A stretch of DNA of 64,000 nucleotides from a virus (IMGVR_UViG_3300003323_001224:1-64000); one strand, 5' to 3'. Counted from the stretch's first letter, positions 1-10,545 are shown. Notes: a model not told the origin generated them from the letters alone. Made by a program: numbers and translations.

Positions 1-262
1 ATTGATGGAAGAATTTTTATAAAAATACGCGTGTATATGACAGCTACACAATTTAAATCGAAGATCGCTGCTGCCCTTGCGGTTAAGCAGCTCACCACGG
101 ACGTATTGCAGCATGAATACATTCTATCGGTGATCCGAGAGCATACCCACTTGCACGATGAGGCCTATTTATCGAACATTCGTAGCGATTTAGGCGCGAT
201 GATGGGCACATTGTCTCAGGTGATAGAGGTGATTGATGAAACGTACAAAAAAAATACCGCAC

Positions 263-886
263 ATGAAGAATAATGAAAATAGGGTAAGAGTCAATAAGGG
301 GCTGCAACACTGGCTAAGCGGGCAGCCGGCTGAAGTACAGCAGCATTTCTTGCACATGGTGCGGAGCAGATCTTCGGAATTCAAAGAAGCATTCGCCATC
401 GACAAGTTAGGGGCCATGATGGGGGTACACGCGCTGATAGATGAAGTAATGGTCCGATCAAACAGGGAGAACAGCTGTAAGAAGGGGTGCGCCTTTTGCT
501 GCCACATTAATGTGGATGTAACTGATCCAGAAGCAGCATTGATAGCGCAGCATTGCCGTGAAAAGAATATAAAGGTAGATGTCAACTATCTACATGAAAG
601 ACTCCGCAATAGAAAAATGGAGGTGGCACTAAGCAAAGCAGCTGCCTGCGTTTTTTTGAAAAATAACGAATGCAGCATCTACGAGGTGCGGCCTTTGGCT
701 TGTCGCTCCTATCTGGTCGTCAACGAGCCTCAATATTGCGATGCTGTGACTTACCGCCCACCGGCACATGGCACATTGGTCGTCAACGATCCATATGTTG
801 AACTCGAACTTTCAGCGCTCTACGATGCGTTGAAAGCGAAGAATGCGGAGCGCATGGAAAGAATGTTATTAAGGTACTTTAAATAA
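263..886 (+). CDS. YkgJ/FliB-like cysteine-cluster (putative Fe-S) protein
   Basis: Motifs CKKGCAFCC, CVFL and CSIYEVRPLACR; ATG at 263 chosen as start. Confidence 0.75.
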   Translation: MKNNENRVRVNKGLQHWLSGQPAEVQQHFLHMVRSRSSEFKEAFAIDKLGAMMGVHALIDEVMVRSNRENSCKKGCAFCCHINVDVTDPEAALIAQHCREKNIKVDVNYLHERLRNRKMEVALSKAAACVFLKNNECSIYEVRPLACRSYLVVNEPQYCDAVTYRPPAHGTLVVNDPYVELELSALYDALKAKNAERMERMLLRYFK

Positions 887-892
887 TGTTTT

Positions 893-1156
893 ATGAAATT
901 AACTGTCGGAGATGCATTGCTCTTGCTCTCTAAATATCCGAAAGATATGCGCATTATGGTCGAAGGCTACGAAGAGGGGTTTGATGACCCCGAGATACAT
1001 CAGCATTTTGTAGTACCGATCAAAGAACCTGATGAGTGGAACGGGGAATATATGCCGTATAAAATGGACGGAGAACAGGTGAATGGCATTGTAAATGCAT
1101 TAGTTCTTCATAGAAGAACTTACAATACAAATAAAATCAACGTTTCCGGATCGTAA
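893..1156 (+). CDS. hypothetical phage protein
   Basis: Tightly packed ORF within the operon. Confidence 0.55.
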   Translation: MKLTVGDALLLLSKYPKDMRIMVEGYEEGFDDPEIHQHFVVPIKEPDEWNGEYMPYKMDGEQVNGIVNALVLHRRTYNTNKINVSGS

Positions 1157-1168
1157 CTGGACACTAAT

Positions 1169-1411
1169 ATGGGAAATAAAAAAGCAAGATGGACTGAGAA
1201 GGGGTTGGTTAGATTCGTCGCTGACGTGCCACCAGATATGGCGGAAGCGTTCGATGAATTATTGCTCCTAACAGGAGAAACGGAGCGCAAAAAAGGTTTT
1301 CAGAAATTCGTCACATGGGCCAGTCATTTTTCAAGATGGCAGGAATTCCTAAAGGAAATGAAATTAGAGTATTTAGAAAAAGCGCTGAAGGAGGAAAAGA
1401 AAAAACGATAA
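1169..1411 (+). CDS. hypothetical protein
   Basis: Packed ORF within the operon. Confidence 0.5.
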   Translation: MGNKKARWTEKGLVRFVADVPPDMAEAFDELLLLTGETERKKGFQKFVTWASHFSRWQEFLKEMKLEYLEKALKEEKKKR

Positions 1412-1435
1412 TCTTAAACCCTAAACGAACAATGT

Positions 1436-1771
1436 ATGAAAAGGCAACGAATGGTTTTGAAAAGAGCTGCTGTAGTGTTAGGCGCATTGGATAACGATGT
1501 AAGGTTTGAGATCGTTGTCCTCTTGCTTGACAGGGGCGCCATGGAATTTGCGGATTTACGCCAAATGTTGGCGCCAATCAAGCAACCAGCATTGAGTATG
1601 AACTTGAATGTACTAAAACATGCAAAACTGATTTCGGTGGGGCAAGATGGCAAGGGGCGTAATGATCCGACGAAGCGTTATTCGGCTCAACGGCAGAAAA
1701 TAGAAACTGTATTAAGATGTGCCAATGCGCTGGCGGCGATTGCTCCGGGTGATCTAGTAGGACCGGATTGA
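1436..1771 (+). CDS. ArsR-type winged-HTH protein
   Basis: ALDNDVRFEIVVLL...IKQPALSMNLNVLKHAKLI matches the ArsR pattern. Confidence 0.7.
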   Translation: MKRQRMVLKRAAVVLGALDNDVRFEIVVLLLDRGAMEFADLRQMLAPIKQPALSMNLNVLKHAKLISVGQDGKGRNDPTKRYSAQRQKIETVLRCANALAAIAPGDLVGPD

Positions 1772-1784
1772 GCCGGTCCTACTT

Positions 1785-2363
1785 TTACCAGCCATAGACA
1801 TCTTGTTTTCGGTTATTAAAGAGATCATGATTGTAGTTTACTTCTTTTTTAGCATTGGACGAGTAGCCGGGCCGCTGGAGGGCAGCGAAAGGGTAGCAAA
1901 CTTTGTATATTCCCCCTGTTTGCGCATCATCTATATGCGAATCGTCTGGCGTAGAGAGAAATCGATCATAGTAGGAGCTATGAATCATATAACAATGAAA
2001 GCCAGCCGGGCGCTGAACTACATTGGTCTCTCCATCGGACATTAGCATAAACTCCCCGTAAGTCCCTCCCAGATACAGGTCATAAAATCTAGGCTTATTC
2101 CGCAAAAACCATTCCCACCCATCCTCTGCCGGAAACATTACATCACTCTCCATAATGCATACTTCTTCCAGATTGTGAAATTTAGCTAACGCCACCAGAT
2201 TCTTGTGGGACGCATTAATGCAATGCGCTACTGACCAATCACCAGGGCATTGAACAGGAAAATGCACCTGGTATTGCGTAATGCCCTGTCGCTGTAGTTC
2301 ATCGGAGCACGCCTGCCAATAGCTGTCGGGGAGGCGGGGGTCATGAAGGACGTAGATGATCAT
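1785..2363 (-). CDS. glycosyltransferase, GT25-like
   Basis: Motifs SHKNL, IMESDV, YDLYLGG and FHCYMI. Confidence 0.6.
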   Translation of the reverse strand: MIIYVLHDPRLPDSYWQACSDELQRQGITQYQVHFPVQCPGDWSVAHCINASHKNLVALAKFHNLEEVCIMESDVMFPAEDGWEWFLRNKPRFYDLYLGGTYGEFMLMSDGETNVVQRPAGFHCYMIHSSYYDRFLSTPDDSHIDDAQTGGIYKVCYPFAALQRPGYSSNAKKEVNYNHDLFNNRKQDVYGW

Positions 2364-2701
2364 TATGGAGGGAATAAAAGATTTTCAATTAATTTTTTTA
2401 TGAGATCGCCTTCGCAGGGGTTTGGAGCGCAGTAGCAAACTAAAAAGATGTCATGCGTGGAAGCAGCCTTCACCATGCGACGAAATTCCGCAGATTGCGC
2501 GCTGGTTGCGTCTGCGAGTTTATCCAGCAACCAAGGGTTATACTTCTTCAGTGCCTCTTCACGCCCAGAGACGAAGTATCTGGCAGCTGTTTTTTTAGAG
2601 GAATTCCCCCAGCTGTATGGGTTGCCCATCACGCTACCACGACCAATATAAAAGTCATAGGCAGTAGGAATGTGCTTTTTCTTATTGACGACAGTGACCA
2701 A
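2363..2701 (-). CDS. DUF4326-like protein
   Basis: Motifs YIGRGSVMGNPY and LVCYCAPNPCEGD. Confidence 0.75.
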   Translation of the reverse strand: MVTVVNKKKHIPTAYDFYIGRGSVMGNPYSWGNSSKKTAARYFVSGREEALKKYNPWLLDKLADATSAQSAEFRRMVKAASTHDIFLVCYCAPNPCEGDLIKKLIENLLFPP

Positions 2702-2833
2702 TTATTTTACCGATTGAAAAGCCAAATATAAAACCACATAGCCAAAGCAGCCAAAGTGGTAAAACATGTATGACAAGATCAGAAATTATCATTCCAAGCA
2801 CAAAAGCCGCGGTATATGCAAAAGTAGTACGTG

Positions 2834-3949
2834 TCATATAAATCTAAATTTGCCGAGCGTAACTCCTTTCCAACGCTCAAAATCGTATACATTACTGACG
2901 GCTGTAGTCTGCGGAAATCCTTCAATCAGTAAGTCGCAGCGGTATTTAAATTCATTTAACGTAGTGTCCAAATGATACACATAATTGGCTTCTGGCTCTG
3001 TGTCATGAACGATGATGACGGTAGCCTTATCCGCATATTCATAAAGCAATTTATAACGTTCGATAGCTGGTGCGCAGTCAATAAAAACGATGGAGATCGG
3101 CAGATCGTAGCCGCCATATAAATTTTCATAGCTATCCTCTGCAATCCAGCACGAAACGCCTTCAAATATTTCTGCCCATTCTTTGTTAGTCTCATAGGAA
3201 ATAAATGTTCGCTGCTGTAACTCACAATATCTATATAATAGCATCGTACTCCCGTATCCAGCGCCAAATTCCAACACCACTCCAGGTTTGATATGCTCCA
3301 AAGCCATCCATAACATGGGGCGGTGTGAGCTATACTTATCGTCTACACAAAAGAAACTAGCCGGGTAATAAATGTCGTTCAATTTTGACTGCATGCATTT
3401 AAAGATCTGCCAATAACCAGTTTTCCAAGGACGCGCATCTTGTGCCCTAGCTGGTTCGACAAAAAGATGCGCAGGCCATGGATCGAGCAATCTCCCACCC
3501 ATAATACTATCCCATACCCCTTCCTGGTCCCAGTTATCGCAGATGATAATACCACCATCTGTTATTTTTGTCAGCGCTGCGGCGATGCATTCATCACGGT
3601 AGCTGCCGTCGATGACGATGATATCGAATTGCCCATCGTATTCATAAATAGCCTGAACGTAGGCGCTTTTCAATTCAACCTCCCCAGCAACGACTGGCCG
3701 ATGAATCAGTTTACCATCCGCGCCCCCCATATACAATATCCACATGCCGTCTGCCTCTACTGTACATACTTCTTTGGCATGATGACGCCACCATGTTGTA
3801 CTATGCCCGCCGCCATATTCAAATACCCGTTTATCTTTTAAATCCCAGGTTTTCAGAACATCCAAAAAAGTTTTGGTGAACCAGGGGAAAACGAGTCCAT
3901 TGCGTTCATCAATGTATTGCGTATCTGGATGAGGGGGTGGTAAAGGCAT
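2834..3949 (-). CDS. tandem class I SAM-dependent methyltransferase (two domains)
   Basis: Two motif-I sites (VFEYGGGHST, VLEFGAGYGST), each followed by an IDG/IDC motif. Confidence 0.75.
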   Translation of the reverse strand: MPLPPPHPDTQYIDERNGLVFPWFTKTFLDVLKTWDLKDKRVFEYGGGHSTTWWRHHAKEVCTVEADGMWILYMGGADGKLIHRPVVAGEVELKSAYVQAIYEYDGQFDIIVIDGSYRDECIAAALTKITDGGIIICDNWDQEGVWDSIMGGRLLDPWPAHLFVEPARAQDARPWKTGYWQIFKCMQSKLNDIYYPASFFCVDDKYSSHRPMLWMALEHIKPGVVLEFGAGYGSTMLLYRYCELQQRTFISYETNKEWAEIFEGVSCWIAEDSYENLYGGYDLPISIVFIDCAPAIERYKLLYEYADKATVIIVHDTEPEANYVYHLDTTLNEFKYRCDLLIEGFPQTTAVSNVYDFERWKGVTLGKFRFI

Positions 3950-4377
3950 TATTTTAGCGTTTTAAAAATTGAAACATAATACTGCTCCAGGTATTTCCAG
4001 ACCGCATCCGATCCTTCCCGTACGAGCAGATCGAATACGGGTTCGGCTTGCAGATCGCTCCCATCCCCAAAGCACTTGCCACCAATCCATTCGCATTCAT
4101 GGAAGGGATGATCTTCTTCGTAATCATTTAAAGGAAGGGGGGAATGATAACTCAAAAAAGCGCCTTTTGGCCGAATGGATTTTCTTGCTTGCCTATCATA
4201 ATCCAACGACTCTATAAAAACATGGGGGAGATACCAATTAGTAAAAGCCGTAAAAGATACTGCACCTAAATCGCCTTTGAGCACCATAAATAAAGAGCAA
4301 TCACCTATGCCATAGTTCTTGCCAGGATTAGGATCGCGTTTATCCCATGCGGGTGATATTTGAATGATGCGTTCCAT
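3949..4377 (-). CDS. hypothetical phage protein
   Basis: Translationally coupled ORF. Confidence 0.55.
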   Translation of the reverse strand: MERIIQISPAWDKRDPNPGKNYGIGDCSLFMVLKGDLGAVSFTAFTNWYLPHVFIESLDYDRQARKSIRPKGAFLSYHSPLPLNDYEEDHPFHECEWIGGKCFGDGSDLQAEPVFDLLVREGSDAVWKYLEQYYVSIFKTLK

Positions 4378-4528
4378 TATTTCAATGCAGACGCTGAATA
4401 ATATTTTGCAGGGGATCGGCGAAGATTACTTTCTGCAAAAGATGTCATCACATTTCCAATTGATTCAGGGAGATGTTTGGCAGAGGTGGTGACAACCTGT
4501 TTCACCAGATCAGCCACCATCTCCCTTT

Positions 4529-4732
4529 CTAAAAAGGGACGACAGGAATTTTGATTTGATCCATTTGTTCCCGGTATTCGGCGGGAATCTGACTGGCAGC
4601 GAACATCAAAACCGACTGTTCATCCTTGGCAATATGCGAACGGATGTCTTGTACAATTTTTGGCTTTGCACCTTCTTCTTTGATTTGTTTTTCGGTAGGC
4701 TCGAAAAGAATGGCGTACTGATACAGTTTCAT
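4529..4732 (-). CDS. small hypothetical phage protein
   Basis: Coupled ORF. Confidence 0.5.
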   Translation of the reverse strand: MKLYQYAILFEPTEKQIKEEGAKPKIVQDIRSHIAKDEQSVLMFAASQIPAEYREQMDQIKIPVVPF

Positions 4733-5049
4733 ATATTAAAGTATTTAATGACATTATTCTCACCTTCAGGAACGAAACCGCGTTTTTCGATAAGATGCTT
4801 TTTGAATGGTTGGTTAAAAAATTCCATGATACGGAGGTTTCGTTTATCTCGCTTACAACTAGCTTCAAACCATTCGAGCACATCTTCAAAATGTCCATTT
4901 CCAGGTGTTCGGTTAAAAATGGCAATGATATCATACGAGGTGCCGGAATCATCATAGAGACCATAACAGGTTCCCACACGGAAAGAAATGCATCCAGTCA
5001 AAGAATGGTATGATGCTTCAAAATCCAAATTATGAGTAGTCCTGAACAT
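4729..5049 (-). CDS. hypothetical protein, possibly GNAT-like
   Basis: RTPGNGHF...LIEKRGF resembles GNAT motifs only weakly. Confidence 0.35.
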   Translation of the reverse strand: MFRTTHNLDFEASYHSLTGCISFRVGTCYGLYDDSGTSYDIIAIFNRTPGNGHFEDVLEWFEASCKRDKRNLRIMEFFNQPFKKHLIEKRGFVPEGENNVIKYFNI

Positions 5050-5193
5050 TCCATATAAAGACCTCCAGGGACTTCGGAGGCCGAGCGTAAAGACGCCCAG
5101 TCGCGCGTATCAAACAAAACGATGCCACCTCCCATGTAAAAGACAACAGCTGATGACCAATATATCAAAGAGCTGGCATTGCCCTTTGCGCAA

Positions 5194-6015
5194 TTATTTC
5201 ATCAGTCCTACATATTCATCTCTATATTGCTTCATCCAAGTATGATCATCATGCGGATAGATTGATTCGAATAAAGAGAAAATCCTATTAAAGTTTTCCT
5301 CTGTGTACCCTGGACGGGGTAGATGCGCATCGATGATATCCGGTGCAACTACCCAGCCATCCCGGTCAGCGCGGCGGGCCGCAAACTGCGTTCCAGGCTT
5401 GGCACGATCATGCTCTATTATGAGATCCGTCATGGCTGAAAGATGCTGGTAGGCGGTCTCCTGGTCCTTCGCCCAGTAGTTACCCCTAAAATGCTCCGCT
5501 TCCAGCTCGCCTAAAAGATCATCCAGGCATTTTTGCAGGATGCGTCCATTGATGCGCATAAAACTGCGCCAGCCAACAGCCGGGGCAATGATGTAACACA
5601 TAGGTACCTGTCCTTCAGGAACCAAATCAATACCTATCACATTGATCCAACCAGTATAATCGAATTGCTGCCAATATTCCTCGTTAAATACGCACATATC
5701 GGCATCAGAAGTTATTAGTATATCCGTTGGATCGATTTTGGGTATGGCTGCCGCATATAGGCGGGCGCACTGCGCATAGGTTGCTTGTTTATGCGGCGGA
5801 GCGCTAAATCGAAAAAAACGGGTTGTCGGTGCTATTTTGCTGCACCAACCATTAGCAAAGCCTAAACGTAATATTTCACCATCCGTCATTGCTGACGGCA
5901 TATCCGGGAATATTATAATACTGTCAATTCCCAGCTTATACCAGCTATAAACAGCAAAAGGAAGATTAAAGGCATACAGATCATCCGCCGTGCAACTCAG
6001 GATCGCTTTCATCAT
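5194..6015 (-). CDS. putative GT-A fold glycosyltransferase
   Basis: ITSDADM DxD motif, WAKDQE, and position in the glycosyltransferase cluster. Confidence 0.5.
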   Translation of the reverse strand: MMKAILSCTADDLYAFNLPFAVYSWYKLGIDSIIIFPDMPSAMTDGEILRLGFANGWCSKIAPTTRFFRFSAPPHKQATYAQCARLYAAAIPKIDPTDILITSDADMCVFNEEYWQQFDYTGWINVIGIDLVPEGQVPMCYIIAPAVGWRSFMRINGRILQKCLDDLLGELEAEHFRGNYWAKDQETAYQHLSAMTDLIIEHDRAKPGTQFAARRADRDGWVVAPDIIDAHLPRPGYTEENFNRIFSLFESIYPHDDHTWMKQYRDEYVGLMK

Positions 6016-6294
6016 GAGAAGGTGATTTACGTTTTAATTTTTTGCCCATGTGGACCAGCGCATAGGCAGCGGAGAGCGCACGCGTATCGAATAGCCCATC
6101 GGAGCCCAATTCGGTATGAGGATTGCGCAATAGATATTGTACCTGTCCCTCGTGTTCTTCCACTACAATGACAAACTCATTCCTTTGTAACAAGGCGTAG
6201 TTCATGAATTACAGCATTTACACAGAATAATTAATGCGATGATTAAAAGTAAGCAGCCTAAATTATCTCCTATTTCAATTTCCTGTTTAGACAT

Positions 6295-6984
6295 TTATAT
6301 TCCATTAATAAAAAATAAACATTTCAGCGCATTGTAGGGAGTCTGATAATAGGCTACAAAATCTTGATCTTCGCCTGTGTGCGTGATACCTATTTCATGC
6401 AATACCATACTGGCAGCACTTTGATCCTGGCGCGCATGCAGGAACAAAGGATGGCGGCTGTCTTCCTCATTTCGGGTGCGATGCCCCTTAAACATCTCGT
6501 CAGCACACATCAAATCCCAGTATTCAAAGAATTGCTTACCATTAGGATTGTCGATGTTAATACCCACCGCTCCGGTGGCGAATTCAGAAACATCATTCAA
6601 TTCTTCGCGGTTTTCAATTCCCACATATTCCAACAACCTGTCAGGGGCGGTTTGCGCGAGACTATATCCTGACTTGAATAAGTATAAGCCATTTTCTTGA
6701 ATATAATCAAAGATGGGCATGGGATTATTGATCGCCCAAAAAGACGCATCCAACCACAATACAATCTTATATCCTCGTTTAAATGCTTCCGCGAACGCGT
6801 ACGGCTTAAAGGCGTACGGATTTTCGTTATGCGGAGGACAACCCGGAGGATATTCATCCCGCCAAAATAAAAAGTCTCCAGGGTAACCGTGATAGATAAG
6901 AGAGCGTTCGAGCCGGTCTATACCTTTTGCATACCAGCCGCCGATCCCGGCGCTAATAATCAGGGGCTTTGTAGATAACTCCAT
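6295..6984 (-). CDS. putative nucleotide-sugar transferase
   Basis: Motifs YAFKPY, VLWLDAS and HARQDQS. Confidence 0.6.
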   Translation of the reverse strand: MELSTKPLIISAGIGGWYAKGIDRLERSLIYHGYPGDFLFWRDEYPPGCPPHNENPYAFKPYAFAEAFKRGYKIVLWLDASFWAINNPMPIFDYIQENGLYLFKSGYSLAQTAPDRLLEYVGIENREELNDVSEFATGAVGINIDNPNGKQFFEYWDLMCADEMFKGHRTRNEEDSRHPLFLHARQDQSAASMVLHEIGITHTGEDQDFVAYYQTPYNALKCLFFINGI

Positions 6985-7039
6985 ACAATGATACAAAAGT
7001 TTTTGAAAAACCAATCAATTTTTTATTGATTGATAAAAA

Positions 7040-7639
7040 TTATTTTATGCCGTATCTTTCGTTGAAAGGGGTAGAAGTGTGTCGGTAGTAGTAGAGAGGG
7101 TGGGGTATGTGAATCTCAGTTTTCAGCAACGGTTTGATAAGCTGGGCAAACCTGTGATCCTCACCCCACCTTATATGTGGTATTTTCACTTTCCTGCAAA
7201 TTTCCGTTTTGATAGGAGTTTTAAAAAAAGGTGTGCGTACATGATCATACCCCCCGACATTTTCTCCCCAATCTACATATTCCAAGCTAAAACGTGAAGT
7301 GCTATCAACGCCATCAATATTGCATAGCTCCAGGAATGTAATGCAATCAGGCGCATGCTGGATGGCATCCAATATTAACGGTATAGCATCAGCTGAGATC
7401 ATGTCGTCATCATCGATTTGCCAAGAATATGTGCCATTGCAATTGGTATATAACTTCTCCCTCTTCTCACCGATGGTCATTTCCTTATCGTCGCATAATG
7501 AAATAATTTCCACTTCGCTTTCCAGTTCGTTCGCCTTGATCATGTATTCCAGTTTAGCAATCAGATCTTCAAAAAGCTCTTTTCGATCATGCGTCGTTGG
7601 TATTTGAATTGAAAGCAGCTTCTGAAAGTTGGTTCCCAT
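7040..7639 (-). CDS. glycosyltransferase family 2
   Basis: Motifs LSIQIPT, IDDDD and GEDHRF; start at MGTNFQ. Confidence 0.75.
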   Translation of the reverse strand: MGTNFQKLLSIQIPTTHDRKELFEDLIAKLEYMIKANELESEVEIISLCDDKEMTIGEKREKLYTNCNGTYSWQIDDDDMISADAIPLILDAIQHAPDCITFLELCNIDGVDSTSRFSLEYVDWGENVGGYDHVRTPFFKTPIKTEICRKVKIPHIRWGEDHRFAQLIKPLLKTEIHIPHPLYYYRHTSTPFNERYGIK

Positions 7640-8333
7640 ATTGATCCAAAAGAAAGTTTTTAGATTTACGATAAATGTAATTAAGCTCATCCTCAGCCCA
7701 CAACGCCTGCTGCCGGCGATATTGTTCATCCCAATCTGCAAGTCCATAGGCTGGATGGTAATGATCAAAAATCTGCGTCCCCATGTATACATAGCATCCG
7801 CGCAACTTAGCCGCCTCTTGAGCCTCGTTATCGCACCATAGGCTTTTATAAGAAGGGTGGTATATGTATCCATCCCGATCGTAATATTTTCGATCAATGA
7901 TCGTCATGGTGCATAACATGTTCCTGGCTGTGCTATCCGGGAAATGGAGGAACTTGTCAGGACCATTGCAGCGAAAGCCTTCCCTGATCAGCTCATCCCA
8001 TCCGTAGACCGTGAAGCGCATATCATCAGAAAAATTGACCAGGATATCCCAGTCGTCAACAATAGTTTCTCTATTGATCGCATCAATTTTCGATTTTGAT
8101 CTTCCAATTGAAATTTGCAGGTGGGGATAGTGTATTTTTGATCTTACCTTCTCTAATTCAGCCTTTATTTCGGGCAAAAAATCACCGGCAGAAAACATCG
8201 TATAGTCATCAACATCTAAGGCTGGAGCAATGGTAATATTACCCTTGTCAGCCGCCATATCGATGATGTTGTGCAGCCCCTCAAAAAAGCGAGCAGGACG
8301 GCTCCTGCTCGCGTATTTCACTAAGATATGCAT
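7587..8333 (-). CDS. GT2-like glycosyltransferase
   Basis: Motifs KIDAINR, FSDDMRF, LWCDNE and HYHP. Confidence 0.65.
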   Translation of the reverse strand: MHILVKYASRSRPARFFEGLHNIIDMAADKGNITIAPALDVDDYTMFSAGDFLPEIKAELEKVRSKIHYPHLQISIGRSKSKIDAINRETIVDDWDILVNFSDDMRFTVYGWDELIREGFRCNGPDKFLHFPDSTARNMLCTMTIIDRKYYDRDGYIYHPSYKSLWCDNEAQEAAKLRGCYVYMGTQIFDHYHPAYGLADWDEQYRRQQALWAEDELNYIYRKSKNFLLDQYGNQLSEAAFNSNTNDA

Positions 8334-8665
8334 CAGAGATTGAGTGTCGCGGTGTCGAACTTTGACTTATGAGTATGTTGATCAGATAAAGCAGCCGGTT
8401 CAGCATCTTTCGGCGCCTCAACGCTTTGTGCATTACCACTTGGCGCAGGTATTGCAGGCAAATCAACCGCGGTAGTTTCCTGGACCTCGTTCCCTTTAAT
8501 ATAATCATATGCTGCGTTCCAAATCGGCGCAATTAATTTCGGATCGGTGTTGTAGGAAAAAATACGTACAATGTCTAAGCGCAGCAGTTCATCAGCGCCA
8601 TTTGATTTTGATTTACGCGGCTGGCGAGGATTTTTGACCTGTGCAGCCTTTTTGGGTCTTGCCAT
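8333..8665 (-). CDS. hypothetical protein with basic N-terminus
   Basis: Coupled ORF. Confidence 0.5.
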   Translation of the reverse strand: MARPKKAAQVKNPRQPRKSKSNGADELLRLDIVRIFSYNTDPKLIAPIWNAAYDYIKGNEVQETTAVDLPAIPAPSGNAQSVEAPKDAEPAALSDQHTHKSKFDTATLNL

Positions 8666-8714
8666 GTAATGTATATTTTTTGATAGTTAAGAATCTTCTC
8701 CGCTATGCGTGATT

Positions 8715-8975
8715 TTATTCATATTGCCATGTCGCCGCCTTAACAGCATTCATCTGCGCATCTTCAGCATGCGAAATTGCCTTCGAATAATAACGTTTTG
8801 CCCCCTGACTTTCAGCCTTTGAACGCATATGGTCATGAAATTGAATGATAGCAGCATATTGCTGTTTAATCGCCTCAACAGTAGGATTGGAAGAAGGATT
8901 GAAGGTTATGCCTACTGCCTTCTCTCCAAAGGATAATTCCCTTGTCTCATTTTGAACGCTTTGATTTTCTGTCAT
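8715..8975 (-). CDS. Acb2/Tad1-like helical-hairpin protein (putative anti-defence nucleotide sponge)
   Basis: FGEKAVGITFNPS...KRYYSKAISHAEDAQMNAVKAATW pattern, recognised from memory. Confidence 0.5.
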   Translation of the reverse strand: MTENQSVQNETRELSFGEKAVGITFNPSSNPTVEAIKQQYAAIIQFHDHMRSKAESQGAKRYYSKAISHAEDAQMNAVKAATWQYE

Positions 8976-8985
8976 ATATTTGATT

Positions 8986-9294
8986 TTAGATGATAGCCCA
9001 CACATCGCTCATGATGCCGGTCGTTGGCCCGTTCATGAACTTATATATGATGCCGTTAAACTCCTGTTCCACACCTGTGCCTTTGGGATATAAAATCCGC
9101 TCTCCTGGCTGGAGGTAGGGCGCTACGTCTTCAGATACGATGATGACCGTCCCTTCTTCCAGTGGATTGTTATTGGCTAGTGGGATGATGATCCCGCGTA
9201 CCTCTTTTTCACGGGGCGCATCAGGTCGAACTAAAATTTTACTACCGATACATTTAACTTTTGGTTTATCTTGCTGTAATGAAACTACCTCCAT
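8986..9294 (-). CDS. groES: GroES/Cpn10 co-chaperonin
   Basis: KILVRPD, GIIIP, GTVIIV and LQPGERILY pattern. Confidence 0.75.
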   Translation of the reverse strand: MEVVSLQQDKPKVKCIGSKILVRPDAPREKEVRGIIIPLANNNPLEEGTVIIVSEDVAPYLQPGERILYPKGTGVEQEFNGIIYKFMNGPTTGIMSDVWAII

Positions 9295-9572
9295 ATATCG
9301 AGTTTAAATTCGTCGATCAATCAGATACTGACCTACTTTATGAGTGTGTCATGCAAACCGAAGAGCCTGGTTATTATGCGATCGTATGCAAAGCATATGA
9401 TCCTGGCCCCCCTCTTGAAGTTATTCACAGACAAGATGAGGTTATACAAATTGCTGGCTATGAAATTTACCTGTGGTTTCGCGGTTCCTTATTTAACAGA
9501 TATTTCGCCTTAATTACGCCGCAGCCCAAAATGGAGATACAAGAATTTCTATCTAAAATGGCCAATTGGTAT

Positions 9573-10004
9573 TTACTCAGCGTAATTGGGCAGCGACTTT
9601 CTGAATTCGAGCGTTTTCGCATGTAATTTTAAATTCAGGCAATTTCTTACCAGCCGCATTTTTCTAAGTAAATGCAGATCCCGATCAGCATCATGTTTAT
9701 CGAAAACCAAATGTAATCGTGCGCCATCGCGTTTGTAATCTTCCACTTTGCGGCGGGCAGCTATCATCATTTCCTTATAGCGTAGTGTTTTGCGATTATA
9801 CTCCGTATCCTCAATTCCAGCGTAAGTACAAATATCCTGCATGGTATATCCCCGTTCCTTAGCGCACGCAATAAAAACCATTCGCGCAGTGCCGGTATCG
9901 TGTTTATCAGCATCCCTTGCCGTCTGCAAAAATTCCAATCCAGTTCTATCAAGTACAAAATTCAACCGGATGGCATGTTCTATATCTTGCAACGTTACAT
10001 TCAT
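9573..10004 (-). CDS. hypothetical protein, possible HTH
   Basis: ARMVFIACAKERGYTMQDIC is an HTH-like segment; start uncertain. Confidence 0.4.
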   Translation of the reverse strand: MNVTLQDIEHAIRLNFVLDRTGLEFLQTARDADKHDTGTARMVFIACAKERGYTMQDICTYAGIEDTEYNRKTLRYKEMMIAARRKVEDYKRDGARLHLVFDKHDADRDLHLLRKMRLVRNCLNLKLHAKTLEFRKSLPNYAE

Positions 10005-10477
10005 CGAAGATTGCTTAATTTTTGCATGGTAGCTGTCACGGGGCTTAAAGCCCCCGCTCCTAGTGTCGGGCCATTTTTGTACCATTGCTTATCGAGCATA
10101 TCTGTGATCAAATTATTGGGCGATTCTCTTGCCCCCGCTATTGGACCTTGTCCTAATTGCCCCGTTCGCATAATTAAATCGTTAACCTCAGCGTCTTTCG
10201 ATCCCATATCATAAAAACGTTGAAGCCGCTGCTCCGGAGAAAGTGCTACCATATCTGGCCGCTGATTATGCGTGGTCATTTGAATTAACATTCTTCGGGC
10301 CAGATCCGGCCCGAGTTGTCCTCTCAAATAAGAATAAACGCTTTGCGCATTTTCATTAATGGTGCTCCAGTATCCTTTTCCTACAAATGAAGATAGCGCA
10401 TCGCGAACGTTCAGGTAGTCTTCCGGACGTAGAGGGCCACGAGGCGGAGTAACCGCTACTGGTGGCAATGGTCCCAT
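10001..10477 (-). CDS. hypothetical protein
   Basis: First ORF of the leftward operon. Confidence 0.5.
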   Translation of the reverse strand: MGPLPPVAVTPPRGPLRPEDYLNVRDALSSFVGKGYWSTINENAQSVYSYLRGQLGPDLARRMLIQMTTHNQRPDMVALSPEQRLQRFYDMGSKDAEVNDLIMRTGQLGQGPIAGARESPNNLITDMLDKQWYKNGPTLGAGALSPVTATMQKLSNLR

Positions 10478-10545
10478 AAAAAGAGAGATTTAAATGATAG
10501 ATAGGCGTTACAAAAATAATTAGTTTTGCGAGATAACAAAATAAA

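Noticed and set aside
9261-9626. Plus-strand 121-aa ORF inside the minus-strand operon
   Set aside because: It fills a gap and may be real, but it overlaps both neighbours and has no recognisable motif
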